Source of the DNA: Bigelowiella natans CCMP2755
Taxonomy: Eukaryota; Protista; Cercozoa
DNA: 64,000 nt
NCBI GenBank assembly: GCA_000320545.1
Contig: ADNK01003276.1
Location: forward strand, 62,001-126,000
Reading direction: 5' to 3'
Below the pieces are notes generated by a model. That model was not told the DNA's origin. It saw only the letters and a list, made by a program, of their open reading frames with translations, and did no database searches. Below are positions 51,346 through 64,000 of the stretch, one piece after another; positions within the stretch are counted from its first letter, which is position 1; each line of letters opens with the position of its first letter. A program made the translations under genes and the position numbers.

Positions 51346-52294
51346 ACCTACCTGATTAGCTCAAAGGATGGCATTCACAGCCTTGGTGCTCTCACGACTG
51401 CTTCGGGCGTTGCTTCGCACTCTCACGCTGCGAATGAATGAATGAATGAATGACGAGAACTTTCGCCGGCGGCTACGAACAGGTGAGAGTGCACAGTTCC
51501 GAAAGAAGCACAAGTAAAGAGAGTCACAGAACACAAAAACAGAACTCAAGTCCCGACGAGCCGCAAAGCCGTCGAGCGCCGAACACATATTGATTTGTTT
51601 CTTAGTTGCTGTATGAGTTCTTACTCTCCTTTAGAATGAACAAGGAATGTATGTTCCCATCAACTGCAGCATCCTGTTCTTCCGGGTCGACGATGAACGT
51701 TTCGGAAATTTCTTCCCCCCTTCTCGACCCGAGCCAGCAGGCAGACTCTGCCGACCGATTCATCAAACTCCGACACTACCGTGAAAATCGGCGGAAAATC
51801 GGGAGGAAAATCGGCAGGCCTGCCTCTCTGCCGCACTTGTTAGAGAATACATGTATGAATGTGTGGGCTGTGTCTGGAGTTTGCCGGTCATTTCCGTAAG
51901 TTGATACTGGAAAATTCCTTAAGTCGCGTCCTGTAATTCCCCACTCGGTTCTCCAAACATGAACCACTCTGCACAAATCCTTACGGTTACTCTAGATCTA
52001 GATCTACCACCACCTATTACGGCCCACGTGCCAGGGCAGGCTTACGGGTAAGAAATTTTCCGTGTGTTTATCGAATAGCGACAAGCCTCTCCGGGCAAAA
52101 AATTCTAGAATTCAGGATGGACGCATCACGCAAGAGACCGGCTTGGATAGAAATTACGATGATTTCAGGATTTCGCCTAAAAATAGATCTGAACATACTA
52201 TTCCCGTAACGTGTAGGAAACACTAGTGAACCCCGCCCGACCCTGTAAAATCCATGGAATTAGACCTAGACCGCATGCAGTGGGATTGGCTGTA

Positions 52295-55200
52295 ATGGGA
52301 TACAGCTACCCTGGCCGCGAGATGGTTTTACTCCATCTTCTTCTCCTGTCCGTGTTTCGGGTATCTGCTCAGTACCCGCAATACAAGGTCGTAGTCGGAG
52401 GCTCGCATACATGTGTCATGTTTAATTCAACCGTTGTACGGTGCTTCGGAGATAATCAATACGGGCAATATGGCGATGGAGGCACAACGTTGACTAATTC
52501 AGCGCCAGGGTCTTTCATGGTAGTAGATCAAGTATGAATAAGTTTACTAAGACATGAGGATGCTGCGATCTCAAAGTGGACGATTTCGCCTTTATTAAGT
52601 GTTTCTTTGATCGCAGAATTTAGATTTGACTGGCGGAAGAACTGTGAAGGGCTTCTTCGGGAGTTCAGGATATGCATCTTTCGTTGTGTACACGGACAAC
52701 ACGGTCCTGGCAGTACCGCATTCTGTTCTATCAGACACAGAGTCTTCCTATCGTCGCGTTGAGGCTTTTCCAATTTTAACCTACAGGTTCAATGTTGTGG
52801 AATAGGCTATTTGGCTATTCTTGGCTATTCCAGCTTTAGAAGCACCGTGACTCCTCATCCAACGCTCCTCACTAGCCCTAGTCTGAACAGTATTCCCGGA
52901 GTCGTCGATGACATCAAAGTGGGATGGTTCGTGGCTTGTGCCCTCACCACCGCGGGAACAGTCCATTGTTGGGGATGTGTTAAACACGGCGAGTGGGGTG
53001 TGTAGTCCTGAAATTAATATGAAGTTGTCGAGGTTCAACCAGGAATTCGCTAACATTTTGGCTCCTCCTTCACAGGAAATGGTACGGTCCCTTCTCAAGC
53101 ACAGGGAACGCCATCAAATGTGATACTTCCGTCACAGCGATACGCATTAAGCATTGGAGTTGGCGGAATGGGTTCTAATACAATTGATGGGTTTAGCATT
53201 CAAACTCGTGGCACCGCGTGCGCGGTTCTTGACGACCACTCACTTGTCTGCTGGGTAGTGCGGGCGTTCTGTTTTGGCATCCATGCAATGTGTCCGTCTA
53301 TGCGGTGTATGATTTGCGCGTATCCTGCTAGATGGCCACTACTCAAATATAATATCCAGAATTGTAGCATGGAGAGAACGAATCTGCTGATATACTTAAG
53401 TCATCTCGTGTCGCGTTTTCTAACAACTAGGGTGGCAACCTCTACGGACAGATAGGAGATGGTAAAACTAATGCCAAACCGATTTTCTCTAAACCCAAAA
53501 TTGATAGTAGAATCTCTGCTTCGTTGCGTTATAATTCATTCTTAGAAATGATAATAGTAAATGAGAAAATATTGATGGCCAGGTACTCAAACACATCGAC
53601 CGACACCCGTAGCTGTGTCATCGCTTTCAAATGTGAGTTTCTCTCATTTTTTATTTCTTCTCTCCCCCCCCCCCCTTCCCTCCATTCAAGCAAGCAATTT
53701 GGTTTCATCTAATCGCTGTCTGTCGCTGTTTATCCGTCGATATCTGTTCTCCACCAACGTCGCAAACCGGCCTAAGGCCTCTTATCACCAAACACCCTTC
53801 GCCAGCATTGCCTACAGCTGACCGCAGAAACGCCTGAAACCCTTACTTACAGGTTTCTTTTGTCACTGGTGGGGGTTACCACACGTGTGCAATTCACTCT
53901 GGTGGCAATCTCTCATGTTGGGTAAGAGCCAACTAGATCTTTCGATGAAAGAAGTTTCTGCATAGCTCGTCCTCGTCGTCGTCCTTCCTCCTCCTCCTCC
54001 TCTCCCCCCTCCCCTCCTCTAAGCTACTTCTTTGAATAGGGAAGGAACACATGGGGGCAATGTGGCAACGGAAGAATGATATCCGCCGAGACGACGCCAC
54101 AACATGTAATATTAATCGAAGTGCTACAACCATCTGAGGATGGGGATGGGCCCTTGATGCAAGACCTTCTCTCTCGTTTAAGTCACACGAGTCCGCTCTG
54201 TGGTAAACATATGGCCGATTAACCACTCAATCTAGGAATAACTATATAGGTACCCCTCCCTGCTGCGGCCACGAAAGTTGCTTTAGCACGTGCTGTGTCG
54301 TGTGCCCTTCTTTCCACACAGAGGTGAGTGCTTCTCTGTCCAATCAGCATTGAGATGAACCGACTCGCGTTGGTTAGTAGATTGGGGAGTTGAGAGGCTG
54401 AAAGCATCAGGCCAATGGAATAGAGGAGATACAACCTTGCGTGCAGAGTCGGCACGTGCTAGAAGGCCTTTTGTGTGCTGAGCCCGAAAACAACGAATGT
54501 TATTGGGCGAAATCTTCGGCATTTCCATGCATCTACTAAACAAAATCCATGGCTCTTGATAGCGTTTGATTGGCTTTTAATGCCTATATGCCTTTTCACC
54601 AGAATTATGTGCTGGGGCGAAAACACCTACGGCGTTGTTGGAGATGGTACCTATATCAATAGGACTTCACCTAGGTGTGTCACCAACCAATAATGCCATC
54701 TTACAGTAGATAGGTTACTACTGCTATCGTCAATCTGCACTTCCTTTCGGCTATCAACTCTCCTATCCTATTTGCACGCATGATCATCTTACATTGGTGG
54801 TCGCTGGAACACATTATTTCCTCTGCTTGCTGCGCAGATATGTTGACGTCTCGTCCAGCGAAAGATTTTCCGACATCTCGGCTGGGTTTCACCACATTTG
54901 TGCCGTCAAAGCTGATGGTCCGTCTTGCGAGGATTGATTCCGCAGTTTATCAATAATGAGTAGAAGGCGGCGTGTAACTGATGAGATGCTCGTCAATAGG
55001 TTGTGGGATTATGTGCTGGGGCTCAAACACTTTTGGACAACTGGGTGTTGGCAGTAATACTGCTCAAAATAAACCTGTGGGAACGCTAACGGCTCACTGG
55101 TAATATGCCCTACTCTCTTTGGCCATCAAGCGGTTACAAAATCTACTACATTTCATGAATGTGCCTTGCAAGGTTCAACATGCGTGTTTACGTCCAGGAA

Positions 55201-56568
55201 TGTACACAACACAAACATAATTATTCTCATGGATTTGCTGTTAGAGCAGCTGCTTCACACATGTGTGAGGGATAGAAAAGATTGAATGCGCACCGAGAGC
55301 AACAACAATTTTTGGGAAAGATTCCAATTCCATCACTTCTGCATTTGTCGTCAGTATTACTCGGGCCCCCACAACGTTAACGCCAACGATATCACCACCC
55401 ACGACTGCCAATCCGACCACTACTTCTCCTTCATACAGCCCATCCACTGTCAGTCCATTAACATTCTCGCCCACGAAGGTAATAAGCCAACTGGTACTTC
55501 TCTCCTCCGTAAGAAAACCATAAAATACGGGACTAGTCGGGACAAATAAAACGCGTAACATGCACACAACACATAACGGACACAGATGTGCACCTACCAG
55601 TAGCTGGATTCAATTCCATTCTCATAATTGATAAAAACAAATGAAATAGAACAGATAATAGCCCACGCTTTTTCTGTGTGCGTGTGAGGCAGGGAGAGAG
55701 AGGAGGGGGGAAGGAGAGAAGAATGTAGATTGGGAACACCTGCGGGCAGTGTTGTCCCTGAATTCAAGTTAAATTAGAAAGGGAAAGGGAAATGTAAAAC
55801 TCGATTTTCTTCTTATTATTATTGCAGTTGGGGCCTACACCTATTTCAGCGCAGTTTTCCGACACATACCAATCAGTGCGCATGAGTTTCCACCGCAGTA
55901 CAAACCAGCCGGTTGAACTGACCCTGAAAGCGACCTGCGATGCTCTACTTCATCCTTCTTCCGTGGCATTACTCGGCACAAATTACGGGTGGTAAGCTGT
56001 TTACGATGATGATGATGATGATGATGATAATGCTGAGAGGGAGATCATTAACCATGTGCGTTTATTTCGTGCGTGATTCCTCCCTGCGGCCGCTTTGTGA
56101 TGATTCTGCTGTCGCCTTCCTTCCTATGATGTTCATCTCGGTTGTTCTTCGGCCTTTTGGTTGTCACCACTTTACACTATTCTTCCACCTTGTCATTCCG
56201 TTCTCAACTGTCGGCAACACGCAGGTGCTATTGGGAGGGCCCGACAGTGTTTGTTGTCACGCTAGGGGATGGCTTTCTTCTCGTTCCGGGAAATACGCTG
56301 ACTCTCATCCAGGACACTATCCAGGCCGAGAACAATGCGCTTGAGAGAAATGGCGATTCAGCAGTGGTAAGAATTGTCATTATACATGTGGAGTTACTGA
56401 TTGTTCACAGAGGGCGAGAACCAAACGTAGTAGAAACAAAGTCTACTACTTATTATTCATGAGAGATAGTAATATATGTTTGCGGAAATAAATCATTTTC
56501 TTCCAGTTGCCACGATACCCTGAATCACTTGTTTCTCCAATATCCTCAATCTCAACCCCCCCCTCCCC

Positions 56569-56613
<45 letters not shown>

Positions 56614-56977
56614 GCCCCCCCGCACTCCAAATACAAACATCCCTTTACTGTTCTCACTTCCAACTTGGAAATGTAGTTTTAACAATATTTACTTTAATTC
56701 AAGGTGGTCTCTCGCGCATCGACGAATATTGACGTGAGCGTCGTGATTGTCGGCGAAACGGTTTTTGGAACGTGTGGCGGCGTGGCGGAATTGACGGCGA
56801 ACGGAGAAGGATCGATTGCGAAGCCATTCACGTGAGATATAGCTGCTCTTCTTTCCATTTGTGGTGTTAGATATTTGAGTAGTTTTCGAGATAATGCGAG
56901 GAGGAGGACCGTTCTTTTTACTAGAGGATTTTGATTCCTATTAGTGTTGGTTTCACACGTTGATTCTCTTTCTCTCG

Positions 56978-57021
<44 letters not shown>

Positions 57022-58941
57022 GTCTCTCTCTCTTCCTCGCTTCCTCTCTTCCTGCTGCCACTTCTTATAACCTACATAGTCTTATGCGAATTGTGTGTGA
57101 GCGACACTTGTGTGCTGTTTACGTGCTTATGCGTGTGTGATGGACGTACGTGCAATGGTATGTAGTGTGATTACGTCAACATATATGCACCTAATACAGA
57201 TATACCTGGTATATCGTCAACAACACGGGCTTGGACTGGGAGAAATCTCTGAATGCCCTCGCACAGCAGACGACGACAAGCGTCCTCACTCTCAACGGAA
57301 GTATGATCCCGCTGGGAGAGAATGTGACCGTTGCGGTGTCGGTCAAAAACTGGCTGAACGACTCTGCGACATCGCAGCTTGGCTTATTGAAGGTAGTGGT
57401 TGATATTTGTGTGTCTCCCATCCTATCGTTTTCTTCACTTATGACCCATTATCATCATCATTATTAATTATTATTATATTATCATTGGCATGCTGGTATT
57501 TTATCGACAACGAATATTTACCTGCACCAAGGTTGGCGATGTCGTCCCATCACTGACTCTTCCCAGCTCAAGCAATCTCACAACAAGAAGGAGCCGAATA
57601 ACAGACATTAATGTGCAGGTAGTAGTAGTAGTAGTAGCCCACTGTATTCCAAGCACAGATCTTTAAAGGAGAAGCGTCTTCCTTGCGATATTTTTCCACG
57701 TCCAAGGAGAAAAGCGCGGTTGCAGGACACTGCCCGCCACATACAAATATTGGGTCGTTTTTTACGCTCATCACACCTATCGAATTTAGAAAATGTTGCT
57801 TTGTCCCCCCCCCTCCCAAGGTCCGCACGCCGAAATGCATCCCAAACCTCCGCGTCGACGCGTTCTGGTCCCAGGTCGCAGGGCCCCATGCTATTTCGAT
57901 GACGGACGCGCGCTCTGCGTACCTGCGCATCCCAGCTTTCTCGCTCGACGTTCTCGCCACGTACCAGCTGCGGCTTGTGGTCAAGGCTGTGTCGCGGCAG
58001 ACAAACGCCACCCTAGGCCAGCAATCGGTGGATTTCTATCTGAAGGTTGAGAACGAAGATCTCGAGGCAACGATTGCCGGAGGTGCGTCGGTGTGCGCGT
58101 GCGGCTACACATGCGCATGTATGAGTGCGCGTGTCGTGTGTCCATGACTGCAGGGCTGGAGAGGGGGGCGGAGAAGAAAGCGGGAGATAAAGAAGCCTAA
58201 AGCCGTAGGAGAATGATTGATGTTTATTTCTACAGTTTCGTTTCACCCCCTTTCACTAGCTTTTCTTACTTTCTTTCTTTCTTTCTTTGAATTTTCCCAT
58301 TCTTCTCCTAGGTTCTTCTCGCACCATCCCAGTGTCCGGAAATGCGTACGATATCAACTTCGACGCGTCGGCCTCTACCGATCCCGCCTACCCCTTAGCA
58401 GCATCCGGCCTTTCGTTCAACTGGTCACTGTTCCAAGTCGTCTCCTCCTCGCTAACTCTCGTAAGTCTGAGCTCATCCAGTGGTGCTACTTTGTCCCTTT
58501 CCACCGCTCAACTCAATGCTGATAGGTAGTTGAAGAATCATCTCTCCATTACCATAAGAAAGAGAGAAAATAACATAAAATCAGAGCACATCGTTTGAAT
58601 GTCCAATCCTCCCATACACATCCTTCGTCTTCAATATCCATCTTTTCCTCTTCAGTGAATACTTAATGCGAGTGAGCGTATCCACAAATCGCTCGCAATC
58701 GATCACAGCGGTGGCGTCGCAGACTATCATCACAACATCTCTTCCAGCACCAAGGGTATGTAAGCCTAACTAGCAACATCTAAAGTGAGACGATGACAGA
58801 ATAAGCGCAGTTGTTGAAGTATGGCTGTGGACAACAACAGTGGTTTCATAAGACGTTTATGCGGGAGAAGGAGAAGAGGGAGAATAGATGGGAGAAAGGG
58901 GTGGGTGAATATCATGAAAAGAGAACGTTTTGGGACGAATC

Positions 58942-58999
<58 letters not shown>

Positions 59000-59478
59000 A
59001 GCGATTTACCCCTTGCCTTGCCCATTTCATGTATTTGCCTCTCTCAATTGGCAGGTTACACTCGGTGTCAATCTCGATAAAAGAGTTCAAGATCCGCACA
59101 AGAAGCTGGTGCTCAATGGAAGAGCTGTGCGCGACGACAGCACGAGCGGCAATGACGATCCATCCCTCGCCCTCTCATGGTCAAGTGACGCAACGGATTT
59201 TAACATCTCGGATCGCGCCAACTTGAGATCGGCAATAGATGCGAGAGATCTGGTCATCGCACCGAACGTGCTCATCCCGGGGAAAACCTACAAGTTCACC
59301 GTCCAGTCTACGGTCTTTGCAGGGGGAGCTGCGGTAATTTGCTTCAATAGCATCGCTCCAAAACACACATGTTGTGTTTGTGTTTGCATGCCAAGTGTGG
59401 CGACAGACCCACGTGATTTGAGCTGAGCAGCTTCCCTTGCCCATTAAGTAGTACTACTTACATTGCTGCTGTCTAAAA

Positions 59479-59527
<49 letters not shown>

Positions 59528-60131
59528 CTCTCTCTTCTACCTGCAGGCCGTCGGTTCCGCATCCATTTCAGTCCGAGTGAATTCCCCTCCAGGATCAGGC
59601 TCCTGCGTGTCATCTCCAGATGTAGGCGTCGCCTTTGAAACCGATTTCATCCTCTCCTGTGAAGGGTTCGTAGATGATGCGGAGGACCTTCCCCTTCGCT
59701 TCAAGTACCAATCCGTCAACGGCGAGAACGCGGCAGCCGCACTCGCCAGCCCGGCCACTTACACCGCGACCCAGAGCTCCACATACCTAGACATCTGCAG
59801 GTTTCGTGACCTCCAGTCTTACAAAACAAAGCTTGCAGCTCCTCTTGGGTCCTCCTCCCCGAGGCTGCTGGTAAGGGCCATCGTGAGTGATAATCTGGGT
59901 TCGGAAGGCTACTATTACTTCGCAACGAACGTTACGCAACCGACCACTCTCAATCTCACCAAGTCGAATCGTGCGTTGACCGAGCGACTGGAGGAGGGCG
60001 ACACGCAGTCGTTTGTGGCAGAAGTGGTAAAGATTCCGGAAGGGGTGGGGGGGGAGGGGGGGGGGGGGGTGGACAATAAATCTTCGAGCGATATCTTACG
60101 TTTGTGCCGCGCTCTTCTCCTCTCACTCTCA

Positions 60132-60177
<46 letters not shown>

Positions 60178-61333
60178 CCATATCTTCTGTCTCCGACTCC
60201 TTGCGTGTGAACAAACACACGTGCGCACACACCCACATACTATCATACCGATGCAATATGATATATGCATGTCGCACACTTGTGATAGGCCGCACTTGCA
60301 TCGTTCCTCTCGTCGGATTCTGGTGTGGCGCAAACTACTGACTCGTCCGCAGCAGACGAGCGTGAAGAGCTGCTAAACAAAGTCGCGAGCGTCTCAGTAA
60401 CCAATCCCTCGAGTGGGGAATCATCGGCCTCCTCCTTATCACCTCCCGTTATCGCCAGCTTGGCAGAATTCCTCACAGCCTCTTTTCGCCCCGCTGAGAT
60501 CACCACAAACGTGAAGTCCAAGACGCTGGATCTCCTTGGGACCGTCACGAATTCGTTCGATGCAAGCTCAACTGCAAAAGCAACTGGAGACGAGGGAGAC
60601 ACTGTAGCATCTGCTAGCGGGGCTATATCAAATCTGCTCACAGCAGCCTCTAACAATACCGGGACGACAGCCGCGACCAACATGGAGCTTGCGAATGCGG
60701 AAAGGCTGGAAAGGACACTCTCCGACTTGTCGACGATACTTTCCGTGGGTCTTCTTCCAGGTGATTCTTGTACGTAGCGTGCACATGTGTGCGTTTGGTT
60801 GTGTTACTACATGCTAGGTGGGAAGGGTGAACTGATGGAGGAGGGAGGGGGAGCACACTTGGACTTCATCTGTTTCGGAATCCTCCCTCGCAATGTGGTT
60901 TTTGAGGAAACGCGCACACGCGCACATTCCATTTATTTTCTCTAAGGACCATGCTGACGATTCTCTACCATTGTGTTGCCTTCTCCCCGCCCCCTCCCTT
61001 CCTCCTCTACAGGAGAAGACCAAGTAGTAAAAGGGCAGCAGATTAACACAGGAAGAGCAACCGTTTCTATATCTTCCCGAGTGATGAACCCGGATAGAGC
61101 CTTCAACACAACACTGACTAGCATCGACGGGGCCACGGTGAGCTTCGAGCTTCTCAACATTTCCTCGTCGGGGGGCGCTACTGGCGTACAGCTGGGATTC
61201 ATTACAGTTACGGGGGGGAGAGGAGGATCGCTGTTCCCGTTCACCAGCAACATCACCAGTGCGTACACCAGCAGTCTATCGATAGTAGAAGTCAAGGAAA
61301 AGACATTGACTGGAGGTAGGTGGACGATCCTCC

Positions 61334-61373
<40 letters not shown>

Positions 61374-62620
61374 TTTCATGCTAATGGTAGTAATAATGTG
61401 TGCTGCTAGAAGGTGCTATAGATTTGCCTCGCCCCCGTGCTAGATTTGTGCATGTAGGTGTGTGTCATTCTGCGGTGTCAGTAACTCAATTGCTCCCCTT
61501 CCCTCCCCCTCCCCTTGTGTAACAGTGAGGGAACTTGCGATAGCAAACAAGTCGGTTGCACCGTTTCTCATTCAAGTTCCGACCGATGGAGATGGGGACT
61601 CCCTGCCCACAAACAGCGATGGCATAGCAGCCGTTCGCCAATGCGTATTTTGGTCTAACGTCACCGGCGGTTGGAGCACAGAAGGCGTCGAGTACAAAGG
61701 TAATTGCACCGAGATTCGTCAAGACGGGCCTCTGCGAACGAATATACATGTAAATCCTGAAGAAGTATCCTTCCCCCCTCTCCAAATCGTAATAACAATG
61801 CTCTTGTCACCAACGACTCCTCTTACACAACAGGGCCTAGCGCCGATGGAAACCATAAGTGCGAGTCTAGTCACCTGTCGTCGTTCAGCACCCAGCCGGC
61901 CTTCCAAGTGGAAGTAAACACGTTCTCGGCGAGTGATGCTTCAAACGTCAACGCCTACGACCCGAGCAAGAACCCGGCGATGGCGTTGGCATTAATGCTG
62001 ATCGGAGTTCTGATCCTGCTCTTCCCGCTCACCTATTACATCGACAAGAGCACAGCAAAGTCAAAAGAGCTCATCCTCAAGAACGAGCGAGATTTCTACC
62101 GAAGCCTGAATCATACACGTACGAATGCGTGAAAGGCATGCATTAGACCACGACGCCCTAAACAATGCCTTCCGCCCCCCCTTCTTCCCGTACAATTTTC
62201 AATCATTCCTTCATAGTGCCCCTCCCCCCTCCCCCTCTCTCTCTTCCTCTCCCTCCCGAGAAAAACTAGAAAACCTAGATTAGAAGGATTCAGTGAGAGC
62301 TGATCTTACCTATCTGGTGCAGTAACTTCAAGTTTGTTTGAAAATCGATTTGATGGATACGTATGCTGTGCTGCTGCTAGGCAAGATGCATTACGAAGAT
62401 CCTCGTTCCCTGCAAAATTGGAAGGAATCAATCAAGCTTGCCGTGAAGAGGAGGCACCCTTGGCTTTCTTTGTGCATTCGAATGTCCGGGGATTTTATAG
62501 ACTCGCGGAAAAGGCTTTTGATTCTTGCCACTCTCACATTCAATGGGGCCGCCGTTTGCGCACTCCTGGTTAGGAAAATACGTTTTCCCAACTATGTCGT
62601 GTTGTTTGGTGTTGTGTGTG

Positions 62621-62660
<40 letters not shown>

Positions 62661-63084
62661 AAAGAAGGAGAGCAGCAGGTCATTATCGTCGTTGTGGTCG
62701 TCGTTTGTGTGGAAGTAGTAACTTTCGTACGAATGACGATAGGTCGGAACGGAGCAGAAGCTGGGGTACATTCAAGGGAACATTGCAACTGCCATTGTTG
62801 CGATGTTGATCGGCTACCCTATACCATACGTCATCACTTCGATATTCGCAAGGAAAACACCACCTAGGTTCAAAGTCAAATTCACACCCGTTGGCCTCGT
62901 AGCAGCAATGCCGTGGTTGCTTTGGGTCGGCTCTATCCTAATGGGGGAGTTTCAAGTTGAGGACGTGGCTGTAGAGGTCGTTTGGGGAGAGGGAAAGTGT
63001 GGGTCGGAAATGTGCTTAATAGAATCATTCACAAAATGTTTTTTCTTGTTTGTAATTATGACACAGTATATATTTAAACCTATT

Positions 63085-63126
<42 letters not shown>

Positions 63127-63693
63127 TGTGCGAACTGTTGTATCTGGATATTAGGATGAAGACGACGCTGGAGCTGATGATGATCCTGGTCCTCGAGCTT
63201 TGTTTGTACTTTTCCTGAGAATGCTGATTTTAAATTCTTCTATTTCGTACATTAATCTGGTCGGCAGCTATTTCGCAGCAGCACTCTTTGCATCCAACAC
63301 TCCCCATTATCTTTTCATTCCAAGTGGTTCAGAGATAAGCCGGAATCTCTCTTATTTTCTCCTGTTTCATTTTCCCTACTCTACTTCCAGATCAACGGGA
63401 TCGTATGGACGACAAAGACGACAACGATGACGATGACGACGAAGACGAAAAAAAGAATAAAAAGGCCGCAATGGCTGGAGGTGCAGCTGGGGGATTGATT
63501 GGAATGTCTGCTGCTGAATCGTCGAAACAACAGAAACCTGTACGCAAATGACATCTCTGAAGAAAAATTGTCTTATTTTCTCTCCATTTCCTCCCTATGT
63601 GGCGCTTTCACTTTTATTTGTTTAGCATGTGCTAACTTGTGGCTTCAATCCTTGCTCCCGGTAAGCTCAGGTGCAAACTGTTCTGACATCTCT

Positions 63694-63740
<47 letters not shown>

Positions 63741-64000
63741 AGCGGCGGCAGAAGAGCGAAGTCGCGTTCAAGTCCAATCTTAACCTTAATACGTCAGTGC
63801 AATCTTTGAACCAAATAGACTTGAAAAATCAGAGCACTGTCAGCAATGTGGGGGAAAGCCAACGAATGCTCCTCCGTACCGGCACGAACCTGAACAAAGC
63901 TGTGGGAAGAGGCGACGACGGTAAGGAGGAAGAAATGGTGCCGATTACGTGCTGCGGAATAATGATTGCCAAGGAACGGGGGAACATTAATTACTCAAAA
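52295..64000 (+). CDS. Polycystin-1-like membrane protein: signal peptide, RCC1/BLIP-II-type repeats, PT-rich stalk, REJ module, GPS motif, several TM helices; continues past the window end
   Basis: MVLLHLLLLSVFRVSA; GGSHTC...RCFGDNQYGQYG and about 6 similar repeats (CWG..N.YGQ); PTTLTPTISPPTTANPT; REJ VNSPPGSGSC.SSP..G.AFETDF.LSC..FVDD.EDLPLRF; GPS CVFWSNVTGGWSTEG...CESSHLSSF (HLS 61872-61880); TM MALALMLIGVLILLF; HPWLSL...SRKRL. Confidence 0.85.

Noticed and set aside
1-64000. Numerous short ORFs with poly-YI, CV, LS, T or M runs
   Set aside because: These are translations of intronic microsatellites or antisense frames of real exons.

Overview
Gene-dense, intron-rich, microsatellite-rich eukaryotic nuclear DNA. 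It is protist-like; the gene mix and one possible bipartite leader would fit a chlorarachniophyte/rhizarian, but the host cannot be proven from sequence. I assembled about 12 protein-coding genes by hand from GT-AG exons: a DGAT1/SOAT-family MBOAT (-), an intronless basic hypothetical protein (-), a DAG-lipase-like class 3 lipase (+), a small possibly dually acylated hypothetical (-), ECO1 cohesin acetyltransferase (+), a ~1700-aa TFIIS-N/Tudor/2xAP2/Zn-ribbon protein (-), a SAM methyltransferase (+), a Zn2Cys6 transcription factor (-), a degenerate Rab32-like GTPase-PH fusion (+), an NHL-repeat protein (-), a hypothetical (+), and a polycystin-like RCC1-REJ-GPS membrane protein (+) running off the right end. 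Ten consecutive genes strictly alternate in orientation. The most striking signal is non-coding. Intergenic DNA downstream of gene 3' ends, and a MITE-like element inside one such gap, has lost much or nearly all TpA except in the palindrome CTAG, which is enriched. CA/TG words (CATG, TGCA, GCATGC) abound there and CpG is retained. This looks like the footprint of a TpA-directed A>G/T>C hypermutation or base-modification system, a kind of reverse RIP. The pattern is seen directly; the mechanism is inference.
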